Assembly (NCBI GenBank): GCA_963816355.1
Contig: CAWFKH010000003.1
Coordinates: 512,001-576,000 of the forward strand
From: an uncultured Gemmatimonadales bacterium
GTDB taxonomy: Bacteria > Gemmatimonadota > Gemmatimonadetes > Longimicrobiales > RSA9
Direction of reading: 5' to 3'
DNA length: 64,000 bases
A model generated the notes under the pieces. The model saw only the letters and a list, made by a program, of their open reading frames with translations, was not told the origin of the DNA and ran no database searches. Positions 49,382-57,760 of the stretch are shown in pieces (the first letter of the stretch is position 1; each line of letters starts with the position of its first letter). Both the position numbers and the translations under genes were made by a program.

Positions 49382-50826
49382 CGCCGCGTGGCAGCGGCCG
49401 GATCGCGGACGTGCTGGCGGACGCGTCTCCCGTCTCGGCGCGCCTCGAGCGCTGTCTCCCCGCCATCGTCGCCGATCCGCTGCACGCCTTCCTCGCCGTC
49501 GACGAAGCGGGCGCCCGCGCCGCGGCGGCGGCGATAGACGCGGCGGGGCCGCCGCCGATCGGCGCGGCGGGGCCGCCGCTGCGCGGCGTCACGGTCGCCG
49601 TGAAGGACAACCTGTGCGCGCTCGGCGTGCCGACCACCTGCGGCTCCCGGATCCTCGAAGGCTTCCACGCGCCGTACGAGGCGACGGCGGTGCGGCGCCT
49701 CCGCGCGGCGGGCGCGATCGTCGTCGGCAAGACGAACCTCGACGAGTTCGCGATGGGGTCCTCGACGGAGAACTCGGCGTACGGCCCGACGCGCAATCCG
49801 CACGACCCGGCGCGCGTACCCGGGGGATCCTCGGGCGGATCGGCGGCGGCGGTGGCGGCGGGGTTGGTCGACGCCGCGCTCGGCTCGGACACGGGCGGCT
49901 CGGTGCGGCAGCCGGCGGCGTTCTGCGGCGTCGTCGGGTTCAAGCCGACGTACGGCCGCGTCAGCCGCTACGGCCTGGTGGCGTTCGCCTCCTCGCTCGA
50001 CCAGGTGGGCACGTTCGGCCGCCGCGTGGAGGATGCGGCGCGGGTGCTGCAGGCGATCGCGGGCCCGGACCGCTTCGACGCGACCGCCTGCGGGCTGCCG
50101 GTGCCGGACCTGGTCGCGGCGGCGCGGCTGGGTGCGACGACGGCCGGCGCTCGTGCGCTCGTCGTCGGCGTACCCCGCGAGTACGTGACGGACGACGTCG
50201 CGCCGGGCGTGCGCGCGCAACTGGACGCGGCGATCGAGCGGCTGCGCGCCGCCGGCGCGGCGGTGCGCGACGTGTCGTTGCCGCACACGGAGCTCGCCCT
50301 TCCCGCCTACTGCGTGATCGCCCCGGCGGAGGCGTCGAGCAATCTCGCCCGCTACGACGGCGTCCGCTTCGGCCCCGGCACGCGGAACGCGGCGTCGCTG
50401 CTCGATCTGTATCGCGGCGCGCGCTCGCGCGGCTTCGGCCGGGAGGTGAAGCGCCGCATCGTGCTCGGCACCTTCGTGCTGTCAGCCGGCCACCACGAGC
50501 GCTACTTCGGGAGCGCCCAGCGGGCGCGGCTCCGGATCGCACGCGATTTCGACGAAGCCTTCGGGATCGGCGTCCACGTGCTGCTCACGCCGACGTCGCC
50601 GGACGTCGCGTTCCGCTTCGGCGAGCGGGTGGAGGACCCGTACGCGATGTACCGCTCCGACCGCTTCACCGTGGCGGCGAACCTGGCCGGGCTGCCGGCG
50701 ATCTCGGTGCCGATCGGCACGAGCGGCGGCCTGCCGGTGGGCGCGCAGCTCATCGCGCCCCGGTGGTCGGAGGCGAGCCTGGTGCGGGCCGCGTCGGCGC
50801 TGGAGCACGCGTGGGAGGCGGCGTGA
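49378..50826 (+). CDS. gatA: Asp/Glu-tRNA amidotransferase subunit A
   Basis: VKDN, GKTNLDEFAMGSSTENS, GGSSGGS, DTGGSVRQPA, EASSNLARYDG, EVKRRI. Confidence 0.95.
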   Translation: MTPRGSGRIADVLADASPVSARLERCLPAIVADPLHAFLAVDEAGARAAAAAIDAAGPPPIGAAGPPLRGVTVAVKDNLCALGVPTTCGSRILEGFHAPYEATAVRRLRAAGAIVVGKTNLDEFAMGSSTENSAYGPTRNPHDPARVPGGSSGGSAAAVAAGLVDAALGSDTGGSVRQPAAFCGVVGFKPTYGRVSRYGLVAFASSLDQVGTFGRRVEDAARVLQAIAGPDRFDATACGLPVPDLVAAARLGATTAGARALVVGVPREYVTDDVAPGVRAQLDAAIERLRAAGAAVRDVSLPHTELALPAYCVIAPAEASSNLARYDGVRFGPGTRNAASLLDLYRGARSRGFGREVKRRIVLGTFVLSAGHHERYFGSAQRARLRIARDFDEAFGIGVHVLLTPTSPDVAFRFGERVEDPYAMYRSDRFTVAANLAGLPAISVPIGTSGGLPVGAQLIAPRWSEASLVRAASALEHAWEAA

Positions 50827-50863
50827 TGCGTCGCGGAGGCGGAGCGATGCAGCGGGGGCGGGC

Positions 50864-52318
50864 GTGAGGGCGGAAGGGCATGGCTACGCGCCGGTCATCG
50901 GGCTGGAAGTGCACGTGCAGCTCGCGACGCGCACCAAGCTCTTCTGCGGCGACCTCGCGGCGTTCGGCGCGGCGCCGAACGCGCACGTGTGCCCGGTGTG
51001 CCTCGGGCTACCCGGCGCGCTGCCGGTGCTGAACGCGCGCGCAGTGGAGTTGGGCGTGCGGGCCGCGCTGGGTCTCGGCTGCGCCGTGCAGCGGAGGAGC
51101 GCGTTCGTGCGCAAGAACTACTTCTACCCGGACCTGCCGAAGGGCTACCAGATCACGCAGCTCGAGCGGCCGCTCGCCCGGGGCGGCGCCCTCGACGTCG
51201 AGGCGGACGCCGCCCGCGGAGCGCGCCGCGCGATCCGTCTCCAGCGCCTCCATCTGGAGGAGGACGCCGGCCGCTTGCTGCACGACCGCATCCCGGGCCG
51301 CACGGCGGTCGACCTGAATCGGGCCGGCGTCCCGCTGATCGAGATCGTGACGGAGCCGGAGCTGCGCTCTCCGGCCGAGGCGCGGAGCTTCCTCGTGCGG
51401 CTGAAGCAGACGCTCCAGTACCTGGAGGTGAGCGACTGCGACATGGAGAAAGGAAGCCTGCGCGTGGACGCGAACGTCTCGCTGCGGCGCAGCGGTGACG
51501 GCGCGGCGGGCGCGCGGACGGAGCTCAAGAACCTGAACTCGTTCTCCCAGGTCGAGCGCGCGCTCGGCTTCGAATTGGAGCGGCAGGCGGCGCGGCTCGC
51601 GGCGGCGCAGCCGATCGTCGCGGAGACGCTGCTGTGGGACGCGGACCGCGGTGTGGCCCGCGCCATGCGCTCGAAGGAGGAGAGCCAGGACTATCGCTAC
51701 CTTCCGGAGCCGGACCTGGCGCCGCTCACGCTGGACGATGCCTGGATCGAGCGGATCCGCGCCGGGCTGCCCGAGGCACCAGCGGCGAAGGTCGACCGCT
51801 TCGTCACCGAGTACCGGCTGCCGCGCTACGACGCCGAGGTGCTCGCCGCCTCGCGCGCCGTCGCCGATTACTTCGAGGCGGCGCTTGCGGCCGGGGCGGA
51901 GCCGAGGATGGCGAGCAACTGGGTGGCGAACGAGGTGCTGGCCTGGGCGAAGCGCGCCTCCGGGCCCGGCTTCGCGCCGCCGTTCGGCGCGCCGCGTCTC
52001 GCCGGGCTGCTCGGCCTCGTCGCGGCGGGCACGATCTCGGCCAGCGCGGCGAAGCGCGTCTTCGCGCGCATGGCGGAGGACGGGCGGAGCGCGGCGGAGG
52101 TGGTCGCCGCCGAAGACATCGCGCGCGTGGCCGATGCGGAGCGCATCGAGGGGTGGGTCCGCGCGGTCGTCGCCGAGTACCCGGAGGAAGCGGAGCGGTA
52201 CCGGAACGGCGAGGACAGGCTGATCGATTTCTTCATGGGCCGTCTGATGGCCGTCTCCGGCGGACGGGCGGACCCGAACCTTGCGGCGGCTGCGCTGCGA
52301 CGCCGGCTGGAGGAGTGA
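50864..52318 (+). CDS. gatB: Asp/Glu-tRNA amidotransferase subunit B
   Basis: IGLEVHVQL, RKNYFYPDLPKGYQITQ, HLEEDAG, NRAGVPLIEIVTEP, ELKNLNSF, DYRYLPEPDL. Confidence 0.96.
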   Translation: MRAEGHGYAPVIGLEVHVQLATRTKLFCGDLAAFGAAPNAHVCPVCLGLPGALPVLNARAVELGVRAALGLGCAVQRRSAFVRKNYFYPDLPKGYQITQLERPLARGGALDVEADAARGARRAIRLQRLHLEEDAGRLLHDRIPGRTAVDLNRAGVPLIEIVTEPELRSPAEARSFLVRLKQTLQYLEVSDCDMEKGSLRVDANVSLRRSGDGAAGARTELKNLNSFSQVERALGFELERQAARLAAAQPIVAETLLWDADRGVARAMRSKEESQDYRYLPEPDLAPLTLDDAWIERIRAGLPEAPAAKVDRFVTEYRLPRYDAEVLAASRAVADYFEAALAAGAEPRMASNWVANEVLAWAKRASGPGFAPPFGAPRLAGLLGLVAAGTISASAAKRVFARMAEDGRSAAEVVAAEDIARVADAERIEGWVRAVVAEYPEEAERYRNGEDRLIDFFMGRLMAVSGGRADPNLAAAALRRRLEE

Positions 52319-52328
52319 GGAACGGACG

Positions 52329-52622
52329 GTGGGGATCCTCGTCGTGTTCGTGCTGTCGACGATCGGCGCCAAGCTGATCCTCGGCCTCGCGGCGATCTAT
52401 TACCTGATGCCGTCGGACGGGCGCTGCTCGGCGTGCGACGGCGACACGCTGCCGCTCGTCGGCTCGCTGCCGGGCGACCTGCTCGGCCGCGTGCTGCGGG
52501 TGCAGAAGCGCTGGTGCGTGCGCTGCGGCCGCACCCACTTCGCCCGCCGCTCGCGGGAGCGCCGCATCTTCGTGGGCCGCTCCGAGAAGCGAACCCCCGC
52601 CGTGAAGGAGGGCGCGCCCTGA
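52329..52622 (+). CDS. Small membrane-anchored zinc-ribbon-like protein
   Basis: TM helix, then CSAC...CVRC; GAGG SD before the GTG. Confidence 0.6.
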   Translation: MGILVVFVLSTIGAKLILGLAAIYYLMPSDGRCSACDGDTLPLVGSLPGDLLGRVLRVQKRWCVRCGRTHFARRSRERRIFVGRSEKRTPAVKEGAP

Positions 52623-52667
52623 CACGCGCCACCGCCGCTCCGCGGGGCCGAGGCGTCGGAGGGCGCC

Positions 52668-53615
52668 TCAGCGCCGCTCGGCGGGCGTGAGGACGCGGCC
52701 GCCGGTGCGGGAGCCGTCCCAGAACGCGAAGCCGTCGTCGGGCAGCTCGAAGAAGTCGTCGGCGAGCGCGAGCAGATGGCCGGCGTCGCGGCCGGCCCCC
52801 TCGCGCAGCGCGAGTCGCCGCACCTTCTTGGCGAGCCGCAGGTTGAACTCGCCGACGGGGTCTCGCGTCGCCGCGAAGGAGGCGCCCCGCCGCTGCAGGT
52901 AGTCGACCACGGATTCGAAGGCGCGCGAGACGTACGCCTCGATCGCGGCGTCGTCGAGGTCCCAGCGTGATTTCTGGAGCAGACGATCGAAGACGCCCTG
53001 CCAGCGCTCGTTGTCCTGCGCGCGGATCATGCCGCGGAAGATCCGGCGATTGGTCCGGAAGGAGAAGATGGTGGCGCTGAGCACGCGGTCGAACAGCGCG
53101 TCGGCCGCGCCGTGGTCCACGTCCATCACCACCTGCCGGGCGCGGGCGCTGTAGCGCTCGCCCAGGTTCACGTCCAGCCGGTACTCCCAGTAGGAGTGGC
53201 CGAGCGCCTTCGTCGAGCTGGTGAGCACGAGCTGGCGCGGGACGAAGTAGTTGTGCGCGATCGTGTCCGCGGCGAGGTGGCTCAGATAGCCGAGGCCGAC
53301 GGCGCGCAAGCGGTCCGTCTCCGCCGCCTCCAGAATCTCCTCGCCCACGTGCCAGAAGTGGCAGTGGCGTCCCGCCGGCACGTACTTCTTCCCCAGCGAG
53401 ATGTCCGCGGCGACGGAGCCGTAGAGGAACCCCTCCGGGAAGCGCCGCAGCACGTCCGCGATCACCGGCGGCAGCAGATAGAGCGCGTCCAGCAGCCGTT
53501 CGCCCAGGAAGATGTGCGTGGCCGGGCCGAACGCCCAGGCGTGCTCCGGCAGGATCGCCAGCGCCACCAGCGCGCCGGCGAAGACGAAGGCGACGCGGCG
53601 GAGGCGTGCCGTCAG
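52668..53615 (-). CDS. Zinc-dependent phospholipase C family protein
   Basis: Signal peptide ending AWA-FGPATH, FLYGSVAAD, GYLSHLAADTIAHN; probable CTG start overlapping the upstream stop (alternative GTG 53567). Confidence 0.8.
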   Translation of the reverse strand: MTARLRRVAFVFAGALVALAILPEHAWAFGPATHIFLGERLLDALYLLPPVIADVLRRFPEGFLYGSVAADISLGKKYVPAGRHCHFWHVGEEILEAAETDRLRAVGLGYLSHLAADTIAHNYFVPRQLVLTSSTKALGHSYWEYRLDVNLGERYSARARQVVMDVDHGAADALFDRVLSATIFSFRTNRRIFRGMIRAQDNERWQGVFDRLLQKSRWDLDDAAIEAYVSRAFESVVDYLQRRGASFAATRDPVGEFNLRLAKKVRRLALREGAGRDAGHLLALADDFFELPDDGFAFWDGSRTGGRVLTPAERR

Positions 53616-53983
53616 AGACCGACCTTCTCCGCGCCCCGGCGCACGCCGTCGCGCGCCTCCCGGAGCTGACGCTCGATCATGACGGACACCTCCTCACGCG
53701 CCGCCTCTCCCAGTCGCTTCAGCTCCTTCGCGTAGCCGTCGATCAGCGCTCGCCCGGATTCCGCCAGCTCCTCGCCGAGCTCGCGCGCCGCCTCCGTCCC
53801 GTCCACCATCGCGGCGCGGGTGCGGCGCGCGCCGCCGCGGACCTGCTTGCCGTACGGCTCCAGCCGCCGGCGGATCCGTTGAACGCGGCCGCGCTTCGGT
53901 CGCAGCAGGAGCGCCGCCCCGACGCCGACCAGCGCGCCGATGCCGAGCGCGACGAGATAGTCGTTCCGGTCCCAATCCCTCAT
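53612..53983 (-). CDS. YtxH-like protein
   Basis: GIGALVGVGAALLLRP followed by a helical charged region; GAGGAGG SD. Confidence 0.7.
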   Translation of the reverse strand: MRDWDRNDYLVALGIGALVGVGAALLLRPKRGRVQRIRRRLEPYGKQVRGGARRTRAAMVDGTEAARELGEELAESGRALIDGYAKELKRLGEAAREEVSVMIERQLREARDGVRRGAEKVGL

Positions 53984-54101
53984 GAGAGCCTCCTCGCCGT
54001 TTCGAGATGCGCCGCGGCGTCGAGCCGCCGCGGGACGCCCGCCTGCGAAACAGCGGGCTCATCTCCAATCTGCAACATCCGGCCCGCCGCGGCAGCACGC
54101 G

Positions 54102-54758
54102 TCACCACAGAAGGTCGACGCCGATCGTGCGCAGGCCGAGCTTCGGCACGATTCCCGCCCGCCGCCGCGCGGAGCGGCCGCGCGCGAAGCGGCGCAGGAC
54201 GTCGCGGCGGACCGCTTCGGGAAGGCGGGCGAGGGCGTCGTCGGCGGCCACGCGCCGGTCGATCCACGCCATGAGCGCGGCGTCGAGGACGTCGAGGCCG
54301 CCCGCGTCGCCGGCGAGGGCGAGGACGTCGGCCCGCGCGCTCCACGCGCCGCACAGCTCGCGCACCTGCGACGCCCACAGGTCGCCCAGCGGCAGCAGCG
54401 GCTCCGGCGGAACGCCCTCCAGTAGGAGGGACGTCTTGTCGGCCGGGTGCGCGACGAGCGCGTCGCCACCCGCGCCCGACGCCGCGCCGAGCCGCGCACG
54501 CAGGCGCGCGACCTCCAGCGCCGCGCGCTCACCAACCGTGCTTCCGAGGGCGTGCAGGAGCGGATCGCCGGCGGCGGGGAAGGGAACCGGTTCGACGGCG
54601 TCTCCGAGGGCGGCGCGGCACCAGCCCACCGCCAGCGCCGCTTGTGGGGAGCCGTCGTCGAGGACGAGAAGCCGGCGCGCGCCCGCGTCGCGGAGCGCCT
54701 GCGCGACGACATCCCCGACGATCGCGGCGATGCGCGACTCCCTGGCCCGCGCGCTCAC
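54102..54758 (-). CDS. Degenerate NAD synthetase-like (NadE synthetase-domain) protein
   Basis: ARLRARL, ADKTSLLL, PLGDLWASQVREL and PKLGLRTIGVD echo NadE, but no SGGxDS; GTGA-coupled to the glutaminase. Confidence 0.65.
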   Translation of the reverse strand: MSARARESRIAAIVGDVVAQALRDAGARRLLVLDDGSPQAALAVGWCRAALGDAVEPVPFPAAGDPLLHALGSTVGERAALEVARLRARLGAASGAGGDALVAHPADKTSLLLEGVPPEPLLPLGDLWASQVRELCGAWSARADVLALAGDAGGLDVLDAALMAWIDRRVAADDALARLPEAVRRDVLRRFARGRSARRRAGIVPKLGLRTIGVDLLW

Positions 54759-55615
54759 TCCTCGCGCTCGCGCAGGAGGCGGTCCAGCTCGGCGCGCACG
54801 AGCCGCAGGTCCTCGTCGCGCGCGTGGGAGAACGGGCGGCGCGCCCGCCGCACCTCGCCGAGCGAGATCTCCGCCCCGATGCGGCTTTCGGCGTCGTCCG
54901 GCGCGCGCGCCACGACGGCGCCGTCGGGCGCCACGAGCAGCGATCCGCCCGCGAACGTCACCGCCCCCTCGGCGCCGACGCGGTTGGCGAGGGCGACGTA
55001 GACGCCGTACAGCCGCGCGGTGGTCGTGGCGATCCCCTCCCACGCGGCGGCCGACGCGAAGCGCGCGCCTCCGGTCCCACCTTCCCACGCGCCGCGCCCG
55101 GGCGCGGCCGCGAGGACGACGAGGAGGTCGGCACCGCCGGCGGCGGCGAGATAGGCGAGGGCGGGGTGCCAGAAGTCCTCGCAAACGAGGAGCGCGATCC
55201 TCCAGCCGCGCGCGGTGAAGACGCGCACGCCCTGGCCGCGGGCGAAGAAGCGCATCTCGTCAAACATGCCGTACGTGGGCGGATACACCTTGCGGTGGAC
55301 GTGCACCACGCGGCCGCCGGCCAGGTACGCGGCGGCGTTGTAGACGAGGCCGTCCGGCGTCGCCTCCGGCAGCCCGAGGACGACGTCGGCCCCGGCGGCG
55401 AGCGCGGCGAGCGCCGGCGGTGCCGCACCCGGAGGGAGCGCGAGGGCGAGCGCGGCGGCGTCGTCGCCCAGGTCGTAGCCGGTCAGCGCGAGCTCCGGCG
55501 TCACGAGCAGGCCGTCCTCCTCGGCGGCGGCGGCGATCGCGTCGAGGTTGGCGCGCGCGTCGCGGAGGCGGGGGCGCGACTGCAGCACGGCCAGCCGCAG
55601 GCGGGTCTCGCTCAT
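54755..55615 (-). CDS. Nitrilase/CN-hydrolase; glutaminase subunit of NAD synthetase type
   Basis: Triad TPELALTGY, HRKVYPPTYGMFDEMRFF, VCEDFWH; NRVGAEG...FAGGS. Confidence 0.88.
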   Translation of the reverse strand: MSETRLRLAVLQSRPRLRDARANLDAIAAAAEEDGLLVTPELALTGYDLGDDAAALALALPPGAAPPALAALAAGADVVLGLPEATPDGLVYNAAAYLAGGRVVHVHRKVYPPTYGMFDEMRFFARGQGVRVFTARGWRIALLVCEDFWHPALAYLAAAGGADLLVVLAAAPGRGAWEGGTGGARFASAAAWEGIATTTARLYGVYVALANRVGAEGAVTFAGGSLLVAPDGAVVARAPDDAESRIGAEISLGEVRRARRPFSHARDEDLRLVRAELDRLLREREE

Positions 55616-57039
55616 GGCTGCTCCTTCCGGTCCCCGGCACGGCGCTCGCCGTCGTCTTCCTCGCCGGGCGGGGGCGCTTCCGCGCCGCCGGCCCGCGCCG
55701 CTCGCTCCCGCGCCGCGTCGCGCACCCGGCGCGCGCGGCGGCCCACGACGCCGTGCGGCTTGCCGAGCGCTTCGGCGGGCGTGGGCGCGCGGCCCTCCGC
55801 GAGCGCCGCCTCGACGCGCGGCTCGATCTCGCCCGCGCGCCGCAGCAGGTTCCGCGTCAGGAACGGTCCCGCGAGCTCGCTCGCGACCACCGCGAGGACG
55901 ACCGTGCTGAAGAGCGTGCGCATCGCTTCGGCCTCGGGACCGAGCGCGCTGCCGTAGGTGAGGGTGGCGCTGATCACCATGGCGAGGCTGATGCCGCCCT
56001 GGGGGATGAGTCCGAGGCCGAGCCGCTTCGGCACGTCGAACGGCAGCCGCCGCACGGCGGGCGCGATCCAGCCGCCCGCCAGCTTCGCGGCGCCGCGCGT
56101 CATCGCGTAGCCGATGCAGAGCGGGACGACGAGCCACGTGGAAAACTCCATCAGCGCTCCCGCGAGCACGAGGAGCACCACGTAGACCGGCTTCTCCCAC
56201 GCCTCGAGCAGGGTGTACACCCGGCGGCGGAGCGTCGAGAAGTTCGCGATCACGGCGCCGGTGGTGGCGCACACGAAGAGCGGCGAGACGCCGACGTACA
56301 GCGCGGCGCCCGCCGCGAACACGACGAGGCCGAGCAGGAAGAGGACGAGCTCCTCGCGCTCCGAGACCGGCCGCGTCAGCCAGAGGAACACGACGCCGAA
56401 CGCGACGCCGAGGGCAAGCGCCGCCGCGAGCCAGCGCGCGGCCAGCCACGCACCGTGCATCGCGAGCGGCCCCGCCGGATGGAAGAGCGCGTACGTCGCC
56501 TGGAGCGCGACGATGCCGACCAGCGCGTCGAGACTCGCGATGAAGAGCAGCAGCTCGCTCACCTTGCCTCGCACGAGGAAGTTGTGGCGGATGAGCGCGA
56601 TGCCGGACGGCGTGGAGACGCAGGCCGTCGCGGCGGCAATGAGGAGGCCGATGCGCGTCTGCGCGCTCCAGTTACCGGCGGCGCGGAAGAGGAGCGAGCC
56701 GGCGCCGAGGAAGAGCGCGAGGGCCACGACCGCCTGCAGCAGCGTGGCGGCGAGGTAGGCGGGCGGGAAGCGGCGCAGGTGGCGGCGATCGAGCTGGAGC
56801 CCGAACAGCAGCCCGATCCAGCCCAGGCCCAGCGCGAGGAACGGGTAGAGCCGCTCGATCAGGTCCCGCGTGAGCAGCCCGAGCACGGTCGAGCCGAGGA
56901 GGAACCCGACGAAGACGAAGTGGGTCCCGGTCGCGAGGATCAGCCCCGGACCCAGCGCGCGCCGGCGGTCGGTGAAGGAGATGCGCGCGCCGAGCAGGCC
57001 CAGCAGCAGCAGGAAGAGGACGCCGAGAAGCGGGTTCAC
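55612..57039 (-). CDS. Cation:proton antiporter (CPA/Kef-like)
   Basis: Around 12 TM helices, WIGLLFGLQLD, GLGLIPQGGISLAM. Confidence 0.75.
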   Translation of the reverse strand: MNPLLGVLFLLLLGLLGARISFTDRRRALGPGLILATGTHFVFVGFLLGSTVLGLLTRDLIERLYPFLALGLGWIGLLFGLQLDRRHLRRFPPAYLAATLLQAVVALALFLGAGSLLFRAAGNWSAQTRIGLLIAAATACVSTPSGIALIRHNFLVRGKVSELLLFIASLDALVGIVALQATYALFHPAGPLAMHGAWLAARWLAAALALGVAFGVVFLWLTRPVSEREELVLFLLGLVVFAAGAALYVGVSPLFVCATTGAVIANFSTLRRRVYTLLEAWEKPVYVVLLVLAGALMEFSTWLVVPLCIGYAMTRGAAKLAGGWIAPAVRRLPFDVPKRLGLGLIPQGGISLAMVISATLTYGSALGPEAEAMRTLFSTVVLAVVASELAGPFLTRNLLRRAGEIEPRVEAALAEGRAPTPAEALGKPHGVVGRRARRVRDAARERAARAGGAEAPPPGEEDDGERRAGDRKEQP

Positions 57040-57056
57040 GCCCGGCTCCGGCGCCG

Positions 57057-57410
57057 TCAGCCTTCTTCGGCGCCCAGCTCCGGCGCGAGACCCGCGACGC
57101 GGCCGACCGGCACCGTGAAGACGATCCCGGTCGCCGGACTGCTCAGGTCGCCGCAGATCTCCTGCAGCAGCGCGATCGCGCCGTCGACCTTCGCGGGATC
57201 GTCGATCACGCTGAAGATCGTCTGGTTCTGCGGTCGCGAGCGCGTGATCAGGGTCTGCAGCCCCGCGAAGATCGGGATGTCGTGTGAGAGCACGCGGCCC
57301 ATCCCCTCGCTGTTGATGATCGTGGCGCCGGTGATGCCGAGCTCGAGGAAGCCGGAGAGGATCTCGTCCAGCTTCTCCTCCTGATTGATCACCGCCACGA
57401 GGAGCTGCAT
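57057..57410 (-). CDS. PII-like (GlnB-fold) regulatory protein
   Basis: LLVAVIN.EEKLDEIL..FLELGITGATIINSEGMG...GIVFTVPV; GGAGG SD. Confidence 0.8.
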   Translation of the reverse strand: MQLLVAVINQEEKLDEILSGFLELGITGATIINSEGMGRVLSHDIPIFAGLQTLITRSRPQNQTIFSVIDDPAKVDGAIALLQEICGDLSSPATGIVFTVPVGRVAGLAPELGAEEG

Positions 57411-57559
57411 GCCGGCCTCCTCACGCCCGCTCGCACGCCGGCCGCGCCGCCGGCAGAGCCGTGGATCCGCGGCCGCCGGCCGGCCGTGCTGGGCACGCAA
57501 GCGGTCGTGTGTGCATCCGCGACGGGTCCGGAGGTGAGAGGAGCAGAGAGGAGCGCCCC

Positions 57560-57594
57560 AAAAAAACGGGCCGGTACAGGTCTACCGGCCGTTT
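57560..57594 (-). terminator. Terminator-like hairpin with U7 tract at the start of the PII-like operon leader
   Basis: Minus strand GGCCGGTA-GACCTG-TACCGGCC-CG-TTTTTTT. Confidence 0.65.
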
Positions 57595-57595
57595 C

Positions 57596-57625
57596 ATGTT
57601 AGACTTGCGACGACGGCGGTGTCAA
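57596..57625 (-). promoter_or_regulatory. Sigma-70 promoter of the PII-like operon
   Basis: Minus strand TTGACA-N18-TAACAT. Confidence 0.6.
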
Positions 57626-57657
57626 GAACACACGCGCCCTTCGCGGTGTCCCTCGCG

Positions 57658-57687
57658 TTGACGGGTCGGGCCGCCGACCGGTACGAT
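57658..57687 (+). promoter_or_regulatory. Sigma-70 promoter of the murA operon
   Basis: TTGACG-N18-TACGAT. Confidence 0.6.
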
Positions 57688-57760
57688 TCTTCCCATCGAC
57701 GTGGCCCGTCCGGCGGCCGCTACCGGCCGCACGAATCGCGTCGCTCAGCCGAGGGGGACG

